From assembly GCA_016783505.1 (NCBI GenBank), contig JADHWK010000001.1, forward strand, positions 62,001 through 126,000: a stretch of DNA of 64,000 bases, read 5' to 3'. Below the pieces are notes generated by a model. The model saw only the letters and a program-made list of their open reading frames with translations. It made no database searches and had not been told where the DNA came from. This document shows, piece by piece, positions 32,379 to 42,882 of the stretch. Within the stretch, counting starts at the first letter, position 1. Every line of letters starts with the position of its first letter. The translations under genes were made by a program, and so were the position numbers. The stretch comes from Candidatus Zhuqueibacterota bacterium. Lineage in GTDB: Bacteria; BS750m-G25.

Positions 32379-32436
32379 GTAGCCGCAGGCTTTACGCCTG
32401 CGTATTTATTCTCGCACCCATAAAGGGTGCGGCTAC
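32379..32436. repeat. GTAG-type REP doublet
   Basis: GTAGCCGCAGGC-TTTAC-GCCTGCG ... CGCACCC-ATAAA-GGGTGCGGCTAC, inverted pair. Confidence 0.75.
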
Positions 32437-32450
32437 TTTTTCTATCTTTT

Positions 32451-34004
32451 TTAGATCTTTTCAGACACCGATTTCGCCTGGGTAAACAAGAGCAGATAAT
32501 CCCTCCCCCCGGCTTTAGAGTCTGTCCCTGACATATTAAATCCCCCGAAGGGATGCACCCCAACCAGAGCCGCCGTGCACTTGCGGTTAAAATATAAGTT
32601 GCCCACATGAAAGATACTTCGGGCTCTTTCTAAATTCTTTCGGGACCGGGAATAGACCGCACCGGTAAGCCCGTAGATGGAATCGTTGGCAATTTCTAAG
32701 GCATGGTCGAAATCCCGGGCCTTGATGAAGACCAAAACCGGACCGAAGACCTCCTCCTGGGCCAACCGGGCTTTGGGGTCCACATCGGCGATGATTGTAG
32801 GCTGGATGAAATGCCCATCTCCCGGGGCCCGGCCTCCCCCCAATACTAACTGTCCCTCTTTTTTCCCGATCTCAATGTATTCTAGGATTTTGTCGCAGGC
32901 AGCCTGATCGATCACCGGCCCCATGAAATTTTTCTGATCCTCCACCGGACCCACAGTAACTTCCTTGGCCTTTTCGATTACCTGGGCCAACACTTTATCA
33001 TAAACATCCTCGGTGACGATAGCCCGGGAACAGGCCGAACATTTCTGCCCCTGGAAGCCATAGGCCGAGCTGAAGATGCCCTGCGACGCCTCGGCCAGAT
33101 CAGCGGTGCCGTCCACCACGATGGCGTCCTTACCCCCCATCTCCAGGATAACCCGCTTGATCCAGATCTGACCCGGCGGGACCTTGGCGGCCAGTTCATT
33201 GATCCGTAGTCCCACCTCCATCGATCCGGTGAAGGCGATGAAGCGGGTTTGAGGATGGCCCACCAGATGATCCCCGATTTTCCCCCCGGGGCCGGGAAGA
33301 TAGTTTACCACTCCCGGGGGCAACCCCGCTTCTTCCAATACTTCCATAAACTTAGCGGCGACCACGGGGGCAGTGCTGGCCGGTTTCAAAACCACCGTGT
33401 TGCCGGTCACCAGCGAGGCGATGGTCATCCCTGCAAGGATAGCAAGGGGGAAATTCCAGGGGGGGATTACCGCTCCCACCCCTAAGGGGATATAGTAAAG
33501 TTCATTCTCCTCCTGCGGATGGAGTGTCAGGGGTTGAGGGCCGGCCAGCCGCTGCATCTCCCGGCCGTAGAATTCGCAGAAGTCAACCGCCTCAGCCACA
33601 TCGGCGTCGGCCTCAACCCAGTTTTTCCCCTCCTCGTAAACCTCCCAGGCAGCCAGTTCAAACTTCCGCCGCCGCATGATCTGGGCCGCTTTAAACAGGA
33701 TCCGGGACCTCTCCTCAGCGGGGACGAATTTCCAGTCTTGAAAAACATCCGAGGCGGCCCCTATGGCTCTATCTACCCGCAGGGTATCCGCCTTGGACAC
33801 AAACCCTACGATTTCAGCTGGGTTTGAAGGATTTATGGATCTTATCTTCTCATCGGTCCTAATCCGCTCCCCACCGATAATCAAGTCGTATTCGCCCCCA
33901 AACTGGGAACGTACTGACTCTAAGGCTTTTTTCATCCGGTCACAATTTTCCCTGACCGAAAAATCGGTCAACGGCTCATTTCTGAATTCCTGGATCATCA
34001 GCAC
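32451..34004 (-). CDS. pruA: 1-pyrroline-5-carboxylate (glutamate semialdehyde) dehydrogenase
   Basis: FRNEP, EADADVAEAVDF, PPWNFP, EMGGK, FQGQKCSA, YFNRKCT. Confidence 0.9.
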   Translation of the reverse strand: MLMIQEFRNEPLTDFSVRENCDRMKKALESVRSQFGGEYDLIIGGERIRTDEKIRSINPSNPAEIVGFVSKADTLRVDRAIGAASDVFQDWKFVPAEERSRILFKAAQIMRRRKFELAAWEVYEEGKNWVEADADVAEAVDFCEFYGREMQRLAGPQPLTLHPQEENELYYIPLGVGAVIPPWNFPLAILAGMTIASLVTGNTVVLKPASTAPVVAAKFMEVLEEAGLPPGVVNYLPGPGGKIGDHLVGHPQTRFIAFTGSMEVGLRINELAAKVPPGQIWIKRVILEMGGKDAIVVDGTADLAEASQGIFSSAYGFQGQKCSACSRAIVTEDVYDKVLAQVIEKAKEVTVGPVEDQKNFMGPVIDQAACDKILEYIEIGKKEGQLVLGGGRAPGDGHFIQPTIIADVDPKARLAQEEVFGPVLVFIKARDFDHALEIANDSIYGLTGAVYSRSRKNLERARSIFHVGNLYFNRKCTAALVGVHPFGGFNMSGTDSKAGGRDYLLLFTQAKSVSEKI

Positions 34005-35509
34005 TCCTTAACTTTTCCAGTATCAATCTGGGCCCGCTGCAGCTTTCCGGAAAAATCCACGTAGATCGTCTTGATCTCGCTGAAGAATTCATAAACTGTC
34101 CATCCCCCCTCCCGGTGGCCATTGCCCGTCTCCTTGACCCCCCCGAAGGGCATGTGACACTCGGCGCCGATGGTAGGCCCGTTGATGTAGGTGATCCCCG
34201 CCTCCAGGTCCCTCATGGCTTTAAAAGCGGCGTTCACATCCTGGGTGTAGATAGAGGAAGAGAGGCCATAGTCGGTGTTATTATGCACGGCAATGGCCTC
34301 ATCCAGGTCCTTCACCTTGATCACCGAGAGCACGGGGCCGAAGATTTCTTCCTTGGCGATTCGCATTTCCGGGGTCACCCCGGTGAAAATGGTGGGACGA
34401 TAGAACCAACCCCCTTTACATTCATCCTCCTCGTAAAATCCCCCCCCACATCGCAGTTCTGCCCCTTCCTTCTGACCAATTTGAACGTATTCATGGACCG
34501 TATTCCGCTGATTTTCGTCAATGCAGGGTCCCATCTCCACCGATTCGTCCAGACCGTCACCGATCCTGATGGCATTGGCGCGGTTGATTAATTTATCTAC
34601 AAAGTCGTAATGAATTTCTTGGTGTAAGATTAATCGGCTGGTGGCGGTACATCTCTGGCCGGTGGTGCCGAAGGCCCCCCAAAGCACCCCTTCTAAGGCC
34701 AGTTCCATGTTGGCGTCGGGCATGACGATCTGGGCGTTCTTGCCCCCCAGTTCCAGCGAGACCCTCTTCAGTTGGGCCCCGGCCCGGGCGTTAATGTCCT
34801 TGCCCACCGCCGAAGAACCGGTGAATGAGATCAAATCCACCCCCGGATGCTGAACCAGGGGGACCCCCACTTGGGTCCCCGATCCGTGTACGAGGTTAAT
34901 AACCCCTGGCGGGAAGCCCGCTTCTAATATCAATTCAATCAATCGGGTGGCGGTGGCCGGGGTGAAGCTGGCCGGTTTGAACACTAAGGGGTTGCCACAG
35001 AGCAGAGCCGGAATGACCTTCCAGCAGGGGATGGCCATAGGAAAATTCCATGGGGTGATGAGTCCGGCTACCCCGATCGGCATACGGACGGTCATATTGA
35101 ATTTATTGGGAAGCTCCGAGGGAACGGTATGGCCGAACAACCTCCTCCCCTCCCCGGCGGCGTAGTAGGCAGTATCAATACCCTCCTGGGTGTCCCCCCG
35201 GGTTTCCAGCAAAATTTTTCCCATCTCCCGGGTCATCAGTTTAGATATTTCTTCCTTATGCTGAACCATGAGGTCACCCAATTTCTGGAACAACCTGGCC
35301 CGCTCGGGAACGGGAACCAGTCTCCATGTCTGGAATGCTTTACAGGCCGCCTTTACCGCCTTATCCACGTCCTCCTTTTTAGATTTCGGAAAGGTGCCGA
35401 CGACCTCATCCCAGCGAGCCGGATTTCGGTTTTCAAACCGCTCACCGCATTCAGCATCACACCATTTCCCGTCAATGAAATTAAAATATTTCTTGTCAGT
35501 GTCAATCAT
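33998..35509 (-). CDS. NAD(P)-dependent aldehyde dehydrogenase
   Basis: TPWNFP, FTGS, ELGGKN, GQRCTATS, EEIFGP. Confidence 0.9.
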   Translation of the reverse strand: MIDTDKKYFNFIDGKWCDAECGERFENRNPARWDEVVGTFPKSKKEDVDKAVKAACKAFQTWRLVPVPERARLFQKLGDLMVQHKEEISKLMTREMGKILLETRGDTQEGIDTAYYAAGEGRRLFGHTVPSELPNKFNMTVRMPIGVAGLITPWNFPMAIPCWKVIPALLCGNPLVFKPASFTPATATRLIELILEAGFPPGVINLVHGSGTQVGVPLVQHPGVDLISFTGSSAVGKDINARAGAQLKRVSLELGGKNAQIVMPDANMELALEGVLWGAFGTTGQRCTATSRLILHQEIHYDFVDKLINRANAIRIGDGLDESVEMGPCIDENQRNTVHEYVQIGQKEGAELRCGGGFYEEDECKGGWFYRPTIFTGVTPEMRIAKEEIFGPVLSVIKVKDLDEAIAVHNNTDYGLSSSIYTQDVNAAFKAMRDLEAGITYINGPTIGAECHMPFGGVKETGNGHREGGWTVYEFFSEIKTIYVDFSGKLQRAQIDTGKVKEC

Positions 35510-35604
35510 CTCTTTACCCCTTAAGTTAATCCATGACAGATGGTTTCGAAGTTGATGGTTCCCAAATTCGATAATATGCTGGCTGATAGCTACCTAAAAG
35601 GTGT

Positions 35605-35850
35605 TTATGCCATTGCTGGGGTCTCTGAAACGGTCACACTTACCAGGTAGCCCAGCCGTGACAGAAAATCTTGGCAATCTTCCCAGGTCATCCCAAATGC
35701 CCTCACATCCGCCAAGCCCACCCGGCTGACGATCCCCCGCAGGATTTCAAAGTCCTGCTCTTCGAAATCCGCCTCCATCATCGCCGACTCCGCCCAATTC
35801 ACTAACCCTTTCAGCGTGATACGATGATGAAGGTAGTCAATGAGCTTCTG
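35605..35850 (-). pseudogene. Small hypothetical protein, 5' end disrupted
   Basis: C-terminus GLADVRAFGMTWEDCQDFLSRLGY; upstream KLIDYLHHRITL segment lacks a clean start. Confidence 0.35.
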
Positions 35851-36250
35851 AGCAACCTTTGACGAGTAACCTTCATTAGAAAAAACAAGCGAACCCTAAA
35901 AATTTAGGTTCGCCACTGCCTCATTATTCCACTCCCTCTCCCATTCTCCAGAATCACCGTATCAATGTTGTAATCGTGGAACTTCGTTATTAATTTCACG
36001 GCTAAATATACACAATTTTAGCTATAATGTCAACCTAAATTTTTTTCTTTTTCAATAAAAAGGCGGAAAGAATGGCCTCTCCGCCTTGACTTTGCCCAGT
36101 GCCTCATTACCCGATCAACAACATCATCCTGACCCGGCTAAATTTACCAGCCTCAATTCATAGGAAAAAGTATAAATAAAAAAACCATTCGTTTACTCTT
36201 GAATGGTTTTAAGCCCAGTAGGTTAATTCAACCCCCCTTTAAAAGAAAAT

Positions 36251-36862
36251 TTAAGGGGATACCACCTTCAATAGGTCTGATTCATAAACTTCTTTCACTC
36301 TTTTCCCGAAATAATTCATCTTGGGACTACTATGGGGCGTTCGCTCTGAACCATCCTTTTTATAGGCGCCGGTTGAATATAGGGTGCCCAGAATACCCGG
36401 GTTTTCTGAAATATCAAAACCCATTCCCCCCCAGCGCCTCTGAAACATCGCTATGTAAACCACAGCATATTGGATGTTCAAATCTACTGCCTTCAGTTTG
36501 CCGATCAGCTCATCCCTGTATCTGCTTTTAGGAAACCTCTTTCCTGTTTCCTTACCAAGATAATATGGGCTTAGAGGGTTGTTTAGATTCCTTTCGATCC
36601 AATATGCTGTATGAAGTTTAATCTGACAAAAACCAATGGAACTGTTTTTTCCATTTATAGCCAAAATAACATCTAATGCATCATCCTTCCAGTCGTAGTT
36701 GAGCATTCTCTCCGTATAAATAACGCTAAAGATTGTTCTAGGATCGACATTAAATTCTTCACAGGTTTTTATTATGACAGAACTCTTCGACAAAAGAACT
36801 TCTTCGGTGTCCGCAGATCCCCATGGAAAAGCAAAGATCAATATGAATGCTAAAAATTTCAT
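36251..36862 (-). CDS. Secreted protein with lysozyme/lytic transglycosylase-like motifs
   Basis: Signal peptide; IYTE (candidate catalytic Glu), SIGFCQ, NIQYAVVY, LYSTG in SLT-like order. Confidence 0.5.
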   Translation of the reverse strand: MKFLAFILIFAFPWGSADTEEVLLSKSSVIIKTCEEFNVDPRTIFSVIYTERMLNYDWKDDALDVILAINGKNSSIGFCQIKLHTAYWIERNLNNPLSPYYLGKETGKRFPKSRYRDELIGKLKAVDLNIQYAVVYIAMFQRRWGGMGFDISENPGILGTLYSTGAYKKDGSERTPHSSPKMNYFGKRVKEVYESDLLKVVSP

Positions 36863-36863
36863 G

Positions 36864-39800
36864 TTATTTTAACATCATTATCTTTCGATGGGCAGCGGAT
36901 CTACAGGCCTGGATCTGTACGATGTAAAGACCACTCGCAACATCCCTGCCTGAATTATCTTTTCCGTCCCAAAAAAGACTGTAGACCCCCGCATCCTTTT
37001 CCTCGCTGACTAATCCCCGAATCTCCTGACCAAGAATATTATAAATATAAAGAATCACCATTGACCTTTCAGTCAGTTGATAATGAATGGTGGTTCCTAT
37101 ATTAAAGGGATTCGGGTAGTTTGAAGAAATCGCCACCTCTTCGATAGGAGTTTCTCCCCCTTTCTTCCCCCTTCCCGGAATCAAGTCTTCATCTAAAAGA
37201 ATGCTTGCAACCATTACCAAAGGGTCATCAGGATAATTGCTGGCTAACTCCATAAAGGCTTCCCTTGCGGCTTCCCGATCATAAAGATCGTTCAAATAGA
37301 TCAGTCCCTTGGTAAAAAGAGCCATTTTATCCAGCTCTGAGTTGGGAAATTGGGCCTGTACTCTCCGTATCTGAGAGAAGGCTTTTTGGTATCTCCCCTC
37401 ATAACTCAAAAGTGTTGCATTGATCAATGAAGCAGTACCACCAATCTCCCTTATATTATGGAATCGGATCAGCCGGTTTAGTAAACCCCTAAAGCCAACC
37501 CTGCCAGATTCCCGATATGCCATCCAAAGAACATCTAAGGCGAAAAGCGAGGCCGACGAATCGGGATAAGAATTAATCACCCCTAAACATATCGCCATAG
37601 CAAGATTAAACTGGCCAGCCTCCAAAAGAAAACGAGCTGCCCAAATCCGTTGCCTGAGGGACAGGGAGTCAATTAAAGACATGGTCTGTTTGGCCACAGA
37701 AGTCTTGTTTGATTCCGGGGACAGGTCTAAATCGAAGTAATCATCATCAGGATTACTAGCTAACATCTTTGTCAAAGGTCTTCCCTCATTGGGATCTTCG
37801 GTTAGCCAAGGGATGTAGTCAATGCTAGAACCGCTATACATGTAAAACAATTGATCGGGATCTGGATCAGGTGTACCCCACCAGTTACCTTCAGCCATGA
37901 TGTTGCAATTATAACTGGCACGAACTAGATAGGGATTCGTGTCGTAAACACTGTTGTTCATTCCATAATAGCCGCAGCCTTCCCCTAAAATGAGATTGGA
38001 GGAATATTTAGCATAAATTTCGTCACCGGAATTGTAAGCAATGATATTTTCTCCATGGGTATACAACCAGCCAAGTTGAGCAGAGGAATACCAATTGCAG
38101 TAGAGGCCCCTGGAACCATTGTAGGTAATAGTATTCTTATACAACTTCGGTGAAGAAGAATTACAATAAATCCCCCAAGATCCATTGTTGTTAATTTTAT
38201 TATTCTTTATTAGCGGCTGGTTGCCGGTGCTGTTCGAATTATAAATAAGGATACCATAGTAGTTATTATTTTTTATTTCGTTTCCTTCAATAAGTGAATT
38301 CCCATTATAGCGTAAGTAAACTCCATATTTATTACCGCTTATAATATTATTTTTTATCGTCGGTGAACTCCCGTTGAAGCAAACCATCCCATAATAACCG
38401 TCCTTGACCTCACTATATTCTAATAGACTATTTCCACTGCCGTCCTCAAAAAAGATACCATACCAGTCTCCTGGGGTTGAATTTGTAGATTGAAAGATGA
38501 TGTGATCCCCAGAAATTCCTTGAGCGGTGAGGGTCCCATTAACGATCAGTTCGGATTTGCTGGAATTATGCCCACCGCTTTGATCGTCGCTGTTAGCGGG
38601 AAAGGTAACAGTGGCCCCACGGAAAATAGTGAGGGTAACACCAGAATTTATAGTAACATCACCTGTAAGTGAAATGTTTCCTTTCCAGACTCTATCAGTG
38701 GTTACATGTCCACTGCCGGGCATAACTGCTGATACCTCATCAGAGTTTAATCCTTCTCCAATCTCATTAATGGCAGCAACGGCGTAATAATAGGTTGCTC
38801 CCGGACTTGTCTGATAGTCATCAACAAAAGAGGTTGTTACCGAAACACCGATTACTTCTGCATCCAAAGGATCTGTTCCGGTGGGTCTTCGATAGATTGC
38901 ATATAATTCTGTCTCCCATTGTTCAGGAGAAGGATACCATTGTAGTTCAACAGTCATGTTGGAAGAATTAGCAGTAGCAACTAACCCAGTTGGAGGGGGT
39001 GGTGCTCCTGGCGGTGGATCAAAACCTACGAATCCCACATTATTACTCGTTTCATAGTAACCACCTATGTCGGTGACCTTGGCATAGCCATAAAACTCTA
39101 TCAGTGAGCTGTAAACATTACCATCTAAATAAAACCTGAAATAAACAGTGTGGTAATTATGATCTTGCTCAAAAATATGTGGCAATATTCTTATCTCATT
39201 ATTAAAACCTGTATCACTATCAGCAACTGTTCCATCGCCGCAATTTATTCTGTTATTGAAATCAACTATGTTGTTAGTCCCGATGCCGGCTAGAATATCT
39301 GACTGATCATGTGGGAAACCCTCAGAATCGGTTCCAGAAAGAAAAAGCTCTACTTTATTATTATCTAATTCATCATCATCGCATGTAATGTAAACTGCGA
39401 CATAATAACCAAAATCACAGTAGATCCATGGATCAGATATTATAAAAGCACTGTTATTGTTGGTGTAGGGTAAAAGTTGCATGGGGTGCTTAGCTGCACT
39501 ATAATTGGGAGAATGATAGTCCTCTGTTTCATAGTATTTTATATCAAGATGATTACCAGAAACAGTCCCAACATTTTGTCCTTCAGTAACAGACTCATCT
39601 TCTTCCAAGCTATGATTGATATGAAAATATCTTATATAAATTGAACCACTTTTTACAACAAATCCAGCATCATTTCTCCAATCAACTGTGCCGCTCCTAA
39701 TAGCTTCAACCGATCCGGTAACCCCGATGTCAACACCCCTATGGAAATCATAGTCATATGGATCTTGACCTTCTTCAGGGGTCACACCATATTCTACATC

Positions 39801-39944
39801 ACCCATGTTTCTTGGGCCAAATGAAGAGGACATATCGTCGGTGGTCCCTATGGGCCAGGTTGTAGTAAAAGACGGTGAGACTATTATTATGATTCCCATC
39901 AAAGTAATTATTGTTTTTTTCATTTTGCATCTACCTCCTTTCAT
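36864..39944 (-). CDS. Secreted multidomain protein: M23-like peptidase, FN3, beta-helix, TPR, C-terminal sorting domain
   Basis: SSFGPR, FHRGVDI, YFH, NHLD; PPTGL...YYYAVAA; repeated I.NN...GI; NYPNPFN...WDGKD...SGLY...KIMMLK. Confidence 0.75.
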   Translation of the reverse strand: MKGGRCKMKKTIITLMGIIIIVSPSFTTTWPIGTTDDMSSSFGPRNMGDVEYGVTPEEGQDPYDYDFHRGVDIGVTGSVEAIRSGTVDWRNDAGFVVKSGSIYIRYFHINHSLEEDESVTEGQNVGTVSGNHLDIKYYETEDYHSPNYSAAKHPMQLLPYTNNNSAFIISDPWIYCDFGYYVAVYITCDDDELDNNKVELFLSGTDSEGFPHDQSDILAGIGTNNIVDFNNRINCGDGTVADSDTGFNNEIRILPHIFEQDHNYHTVYFRFYLDGNVYSSLIEFYGYAKVTDIGGYYETSNNVGFVGFDPPPGAPPPPTGLVATANSSNMTVELQWYPSPEQWETELYAIYRRPTGTDPLDAEVIGVSVTTSFVDDYQTSPGATYYYAVAAINEIGEGLNSDEVSAVMPGSGHVTTDRVWKGNISLTGDVTINSGVTLTIFRGATVTFPANSDDQSGGHNSSKSELIVNGTLTAQGISGDHIIFQSTNSTPGDWYGIFFEDGSGNSLLEYSEVKDGYYGMVCFNGSSPTIKNNIISGNKYGVYLRYNGNSLIEGNEIKNNNYYGILIYNSNSTGNQPLIKNNKINNNGSWGIYCNSSSPKLYKNTITYNGSRGLYCNWYSSAQLGWLYTHGENIIAYNSGDEIYAKYSSNLILGEGCGYYGMNNSVYDTNPYLVRASYNCNIMAEGNWWGTPDPDPDQLFYMYSGSSIDYIPWLTEDPNEGRPLTKMLASNPDDDYFDLDLSPESNKTSVAKQTMSLIDSLSLRQRIWAARFLLEAGQFNLAMAICLGVINSYPDSSASLFALDVLWMAYRESGRVGFRGLLNRLIRFHNIREIGGTASLINATLLSYEGRYQKAFSQIRRVQAQFPNSELDKMALFTKGLIYLNDLYDREAAREAFMELASNYPDDPLVMVASILLDEDLIPGRGKKGGETPIEEVAISSNYPNPFNIGTTIHYQLTERSMVILYIYNILGQEIRGLVSEEKDAGVYSLFWDGKDNSGRDVASGLYIVQIQACRSAAHRKIMMLK

Positions 39945-41168
39945 CTAATTTTGACCGAAGAAACTTATTCTATTGGCAGTTTTATTAAAAAGGACGTTAT
40001 TATTGTTAAAGGACTTGACAATTATCCAATCATCAAGATTTTTATCTTCGGATAAATCTTCCCCAGTATCTAAATCTAAAATGTGAATTGCGGAAATTTC
40101 GAAACGGACATTAGTTTGAATGACAAGTTTATTACCATCAATATAGGCTTCTTGAATTCTATGACTACCTCTTTTTGTATGAGTGTAGCTCCATAATTTG
40201 CGACCCGTTGATACATCCACCAACGAAATATTTTTTTTACCTAGAACAATTAACCTATTATCATTTATAAGCTTAATATTTTTAATTATTTTAAAACTAT
40301 CATTTTCCCACAGAACGTTCCCTTTAGAATCAAACATGATAAGTGTATAAGGATACTGCGCAATCTTCTCTTCAAAAGGCAAGTTATAAGCAGCTACAGT
40401 TATGCGGTTCTTGTTTAAGGCAGTCACACTGGCTGCATCGAATGCTGAAACCCATATTTCTTTGCCACTAATTTTGGAATAAATTTCTTTTTCTACTTCA
40501 ACCTTATTATTAGCTATATTAAAGATTATAAAAGTGAGTGGCTTCCTAGTAGCAGTCTTCTTGTCTTCATCATAAACGGCTTTTTGTAAAAGAACAACAA
40601 CCCTATTCTCGTCCAAAAAACAAGCATGAAAACATGAATAATCTTTTTTAGTAGGATGTAATATTTCTTGTCCGTTAGCAAGATCAAAGACCTGAAAGTG
40701 ACCTGCTGCTTCCTCCATGCTGACTCTAGTGGTAATACCATATTTTCCATCTTTTGATATGGTCAAACCAGGATCAGTTACCCATACTTCCCATAACTTA
40801 TTCCCCTCTTTATCAAAACAAGCATTCCGTCGTTCATCTCTTAAATTATAGTCGTATGCAACGACAATCCTATCAGATTCATCAGCTAAAGATACATTAC
40901 CAACCCAGTTAAAACTCTTTTGCCAGAGTACTCTGCCCTCAATATCAAAGAGAGTTACTTTTCCATCACCACCAGGCCTTGCTTCAGTCAAAACAGCAAT
41001 CTTATCACTACTAGTAAAAGCTTTAGAAACAGGCTGATCAAAACTCTTTTCGGCCAAGATTTTTTTGCCCGGAAAGAGTTTTTTCAATACTTCCTGTGCC
41101 TCCACAGCCCCCTGAAAAATCAAACCGGAGACTGAAAGCAATGCCAAGTAAAAAAGAATCTTTCTCAT
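39945..41168 (-). CDS. Secreted PQQ-like beta-propeller protein
   Basis: Signal peptide; repeated D..G..LW motifs. Confidence 0.65.
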   Translation of the reverse strand: MRKILFYLALLSVSGLIFQGAVEAQEVLKKLFPGKKILAEKSFDQPVSKAFTSSDKIAVLTEARPGGDGKVTLFDIEGRVLWQKSFNWVGNVSLADESDRIVVAYDYNLRDERRNACFDKEGNKLWEVWVTDPGLTISKDGKYGITTRVSMEEAAGHFQVFDLANGQEILHPTKKDYSCFHACFLDENRVVVLLQKAVYDEDKKTATRKPLTFIIFNIANNKVEVEKEIYSKISGKEIWVSAFDAASVTALNKNRITVAAYNLPFEEKIAQYPYTLIMFDSKGNVLWENDSFKIIKNIKLINDNRLIVLGKKNISLVDVSTGRKLWSYTHTKRGSHRIQEAYIDGNKLVIQTNVRFEISAIHILDLDTGEDLSEDKNLDDWIIVKSFNNNNVLFNKTANRISFFGQN

Positions 41169-41475
41169 TTTAATGTCCTCCTATTTTGGGTTCTTTAATT
41201 ACAAATGGCTAGAAAAGGTAAGTCAGGCCGCAATAAAAAATTTTATCAACATGTCTGTAACCTATTTTTCAAGCTTTTATAAAAATATAATTAATATAAA
41301 TCGAAAAGTCAAGAGATTTTTTAATTTTTTATTTTTTTTGCCAGAAACCGCAACTATATTCCAACGGTAGAAGTAGATGCAGGATGAAAATAAGGTCGAA
41401 TCGGGGTCATCCACATCGGTCACATAATCATATCGGCTTAGGGTAACCGATGAGTCCGCTCCTAACGTTCTAATT

Positions 41476-42882
41476 TTACTTTCTTGCTGGTGTCTGTCTA
41501 ACGTTTCCGGAGACAGGCACCTCGATAATAGGCTGTAAGGAGCTGTTGGTGTGGACGGTGATCTTGCCATCTATTCTACCGATAGGGGCCTCGGGTTTAA
41601 GCCACACCTTGACCTGGATACGATTAACCTCCTCCGGAAGGACGATCTCTGGTGTGAGCCAATTTGAGCTGGACTCCACTCTGGTTATCTTTAGACCCCC
41701 CCCCTTATTTTTTATGAGGGTTATCACCCTCGAAGTTGGCCTTCCGGGGTTGACCAACCCAAAGTATATCCGCTCTGGGACAACCGTTATTTCCCCACTG
41801 ACATTTAAATTTATCGGCACCCTGATGTTTGGCTCTCTGGGGTCATCGGTCTGGATTGTTATCAGACCCTGGGTCCATCCGACAGGCGCATCGGGGCCCA
41901 CTTTGAGGGCCACCCGGTACCTTTTGCCCTGCTCCAGCGGCTGAAGCTCCGCAGTTATAAACTCCTTGTTGCTTTCAACATTAAATACCTTTAGTTTCCC
42001 CTGTCCAACTTTAGTAATGTTAATGGAAGGACTTTGAAACTCCTCACCCTTCTGAACATTCAGGCTCAATCGCTTTGGGGTGACAACTATGTCCCCTTTG
42101 ATATTGGCCGTCACCAATACATCAACCACCGGTTGCCTTTCATTGTCGGTATAAATTATTAGTCTCTCATTCAATCTGCCAAAGGGGGCCTCGGGACCCA
42201 AAGTTACATCAATCTGGTACACCCCTTCTTCAGAAATTTTGGACAGTTTTATCCTCAGATGTTCAGACCCGCTTTCTACTTCCCTCACTTTCAACTCTTC
42301 TCCTTTGGCGGGGAAGACGGTAAGCTTGCGGGATGGGGAATCGCCCATGATCACGTTTCCAAAATCTAACCGGTTCGGTTTGACGATCACCGCCTGTTTG
42401 ATCATCCCCTCGATCCGCAATATCAGGAGAGGCTCATCCGGATCGTTGGAGGTAACCGTGATGGATTGGCTGGTTCGCCCCTTACGTTTCCCCGGGCTAA
42501 AAGTGACCTGTATCCTACCCTCATCCTTTGGTGGTATGACTTTTTCCGACAGCAACGCTGCCGTACACCCTCACCCCGGTTTTATCTTCACTATTTTCAA
42601 GACTCCCAAGCCGAGATTCTTAAACTTAAAGACATGGGTCACCTTTTCACCCTGATAGATCTCACCAAAATTGTAGACCAGCTCCTCAAATTCAATGTCC
42701 GGTTGGGGTTCGGTCTCCGTCGGTGGACGGGAAGGTTCAACTTGCTCGGCTTTGCTGAGCACGGGAGCCTGTACGCTGGTCCCTTCATCCCCAGCGGCGA
42801 CCAAATTGATGACCGCTAAACCAACAGAAATTATGAGGATTAAAAAAGCAGCTTTTAACCCCGTGTTCCTCATGGTTCCCAT
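41476..42882 (-). CDS. Exported DUF1573/Ig-like repeat protein; probable selenoprotein (TGA at 42571-42573)
   Basis: ORFs 42571..42882 and 41476..42555 are in frame across FKNLG..LKIVKIKPG-TGA-GCTAA, matching the DUF1573 CGCT motif; three further P.RL.FG-type Ig repeats. Confidence 0.8.
42547..42573 (-). promoter_or_regulatory. Candidate SECIS hairpin
   Basis: mRNA UGA-N7-CGGCAGC-GUU-GCUGUCG (7 bp including one G-U pair). Confidence 0.45.

Noticed and set aside
35914-36110. Shared TGCCTCATTA next to two hairpins
   Set aside because: Too short to support an att site; may just be stop codons followed by terminators
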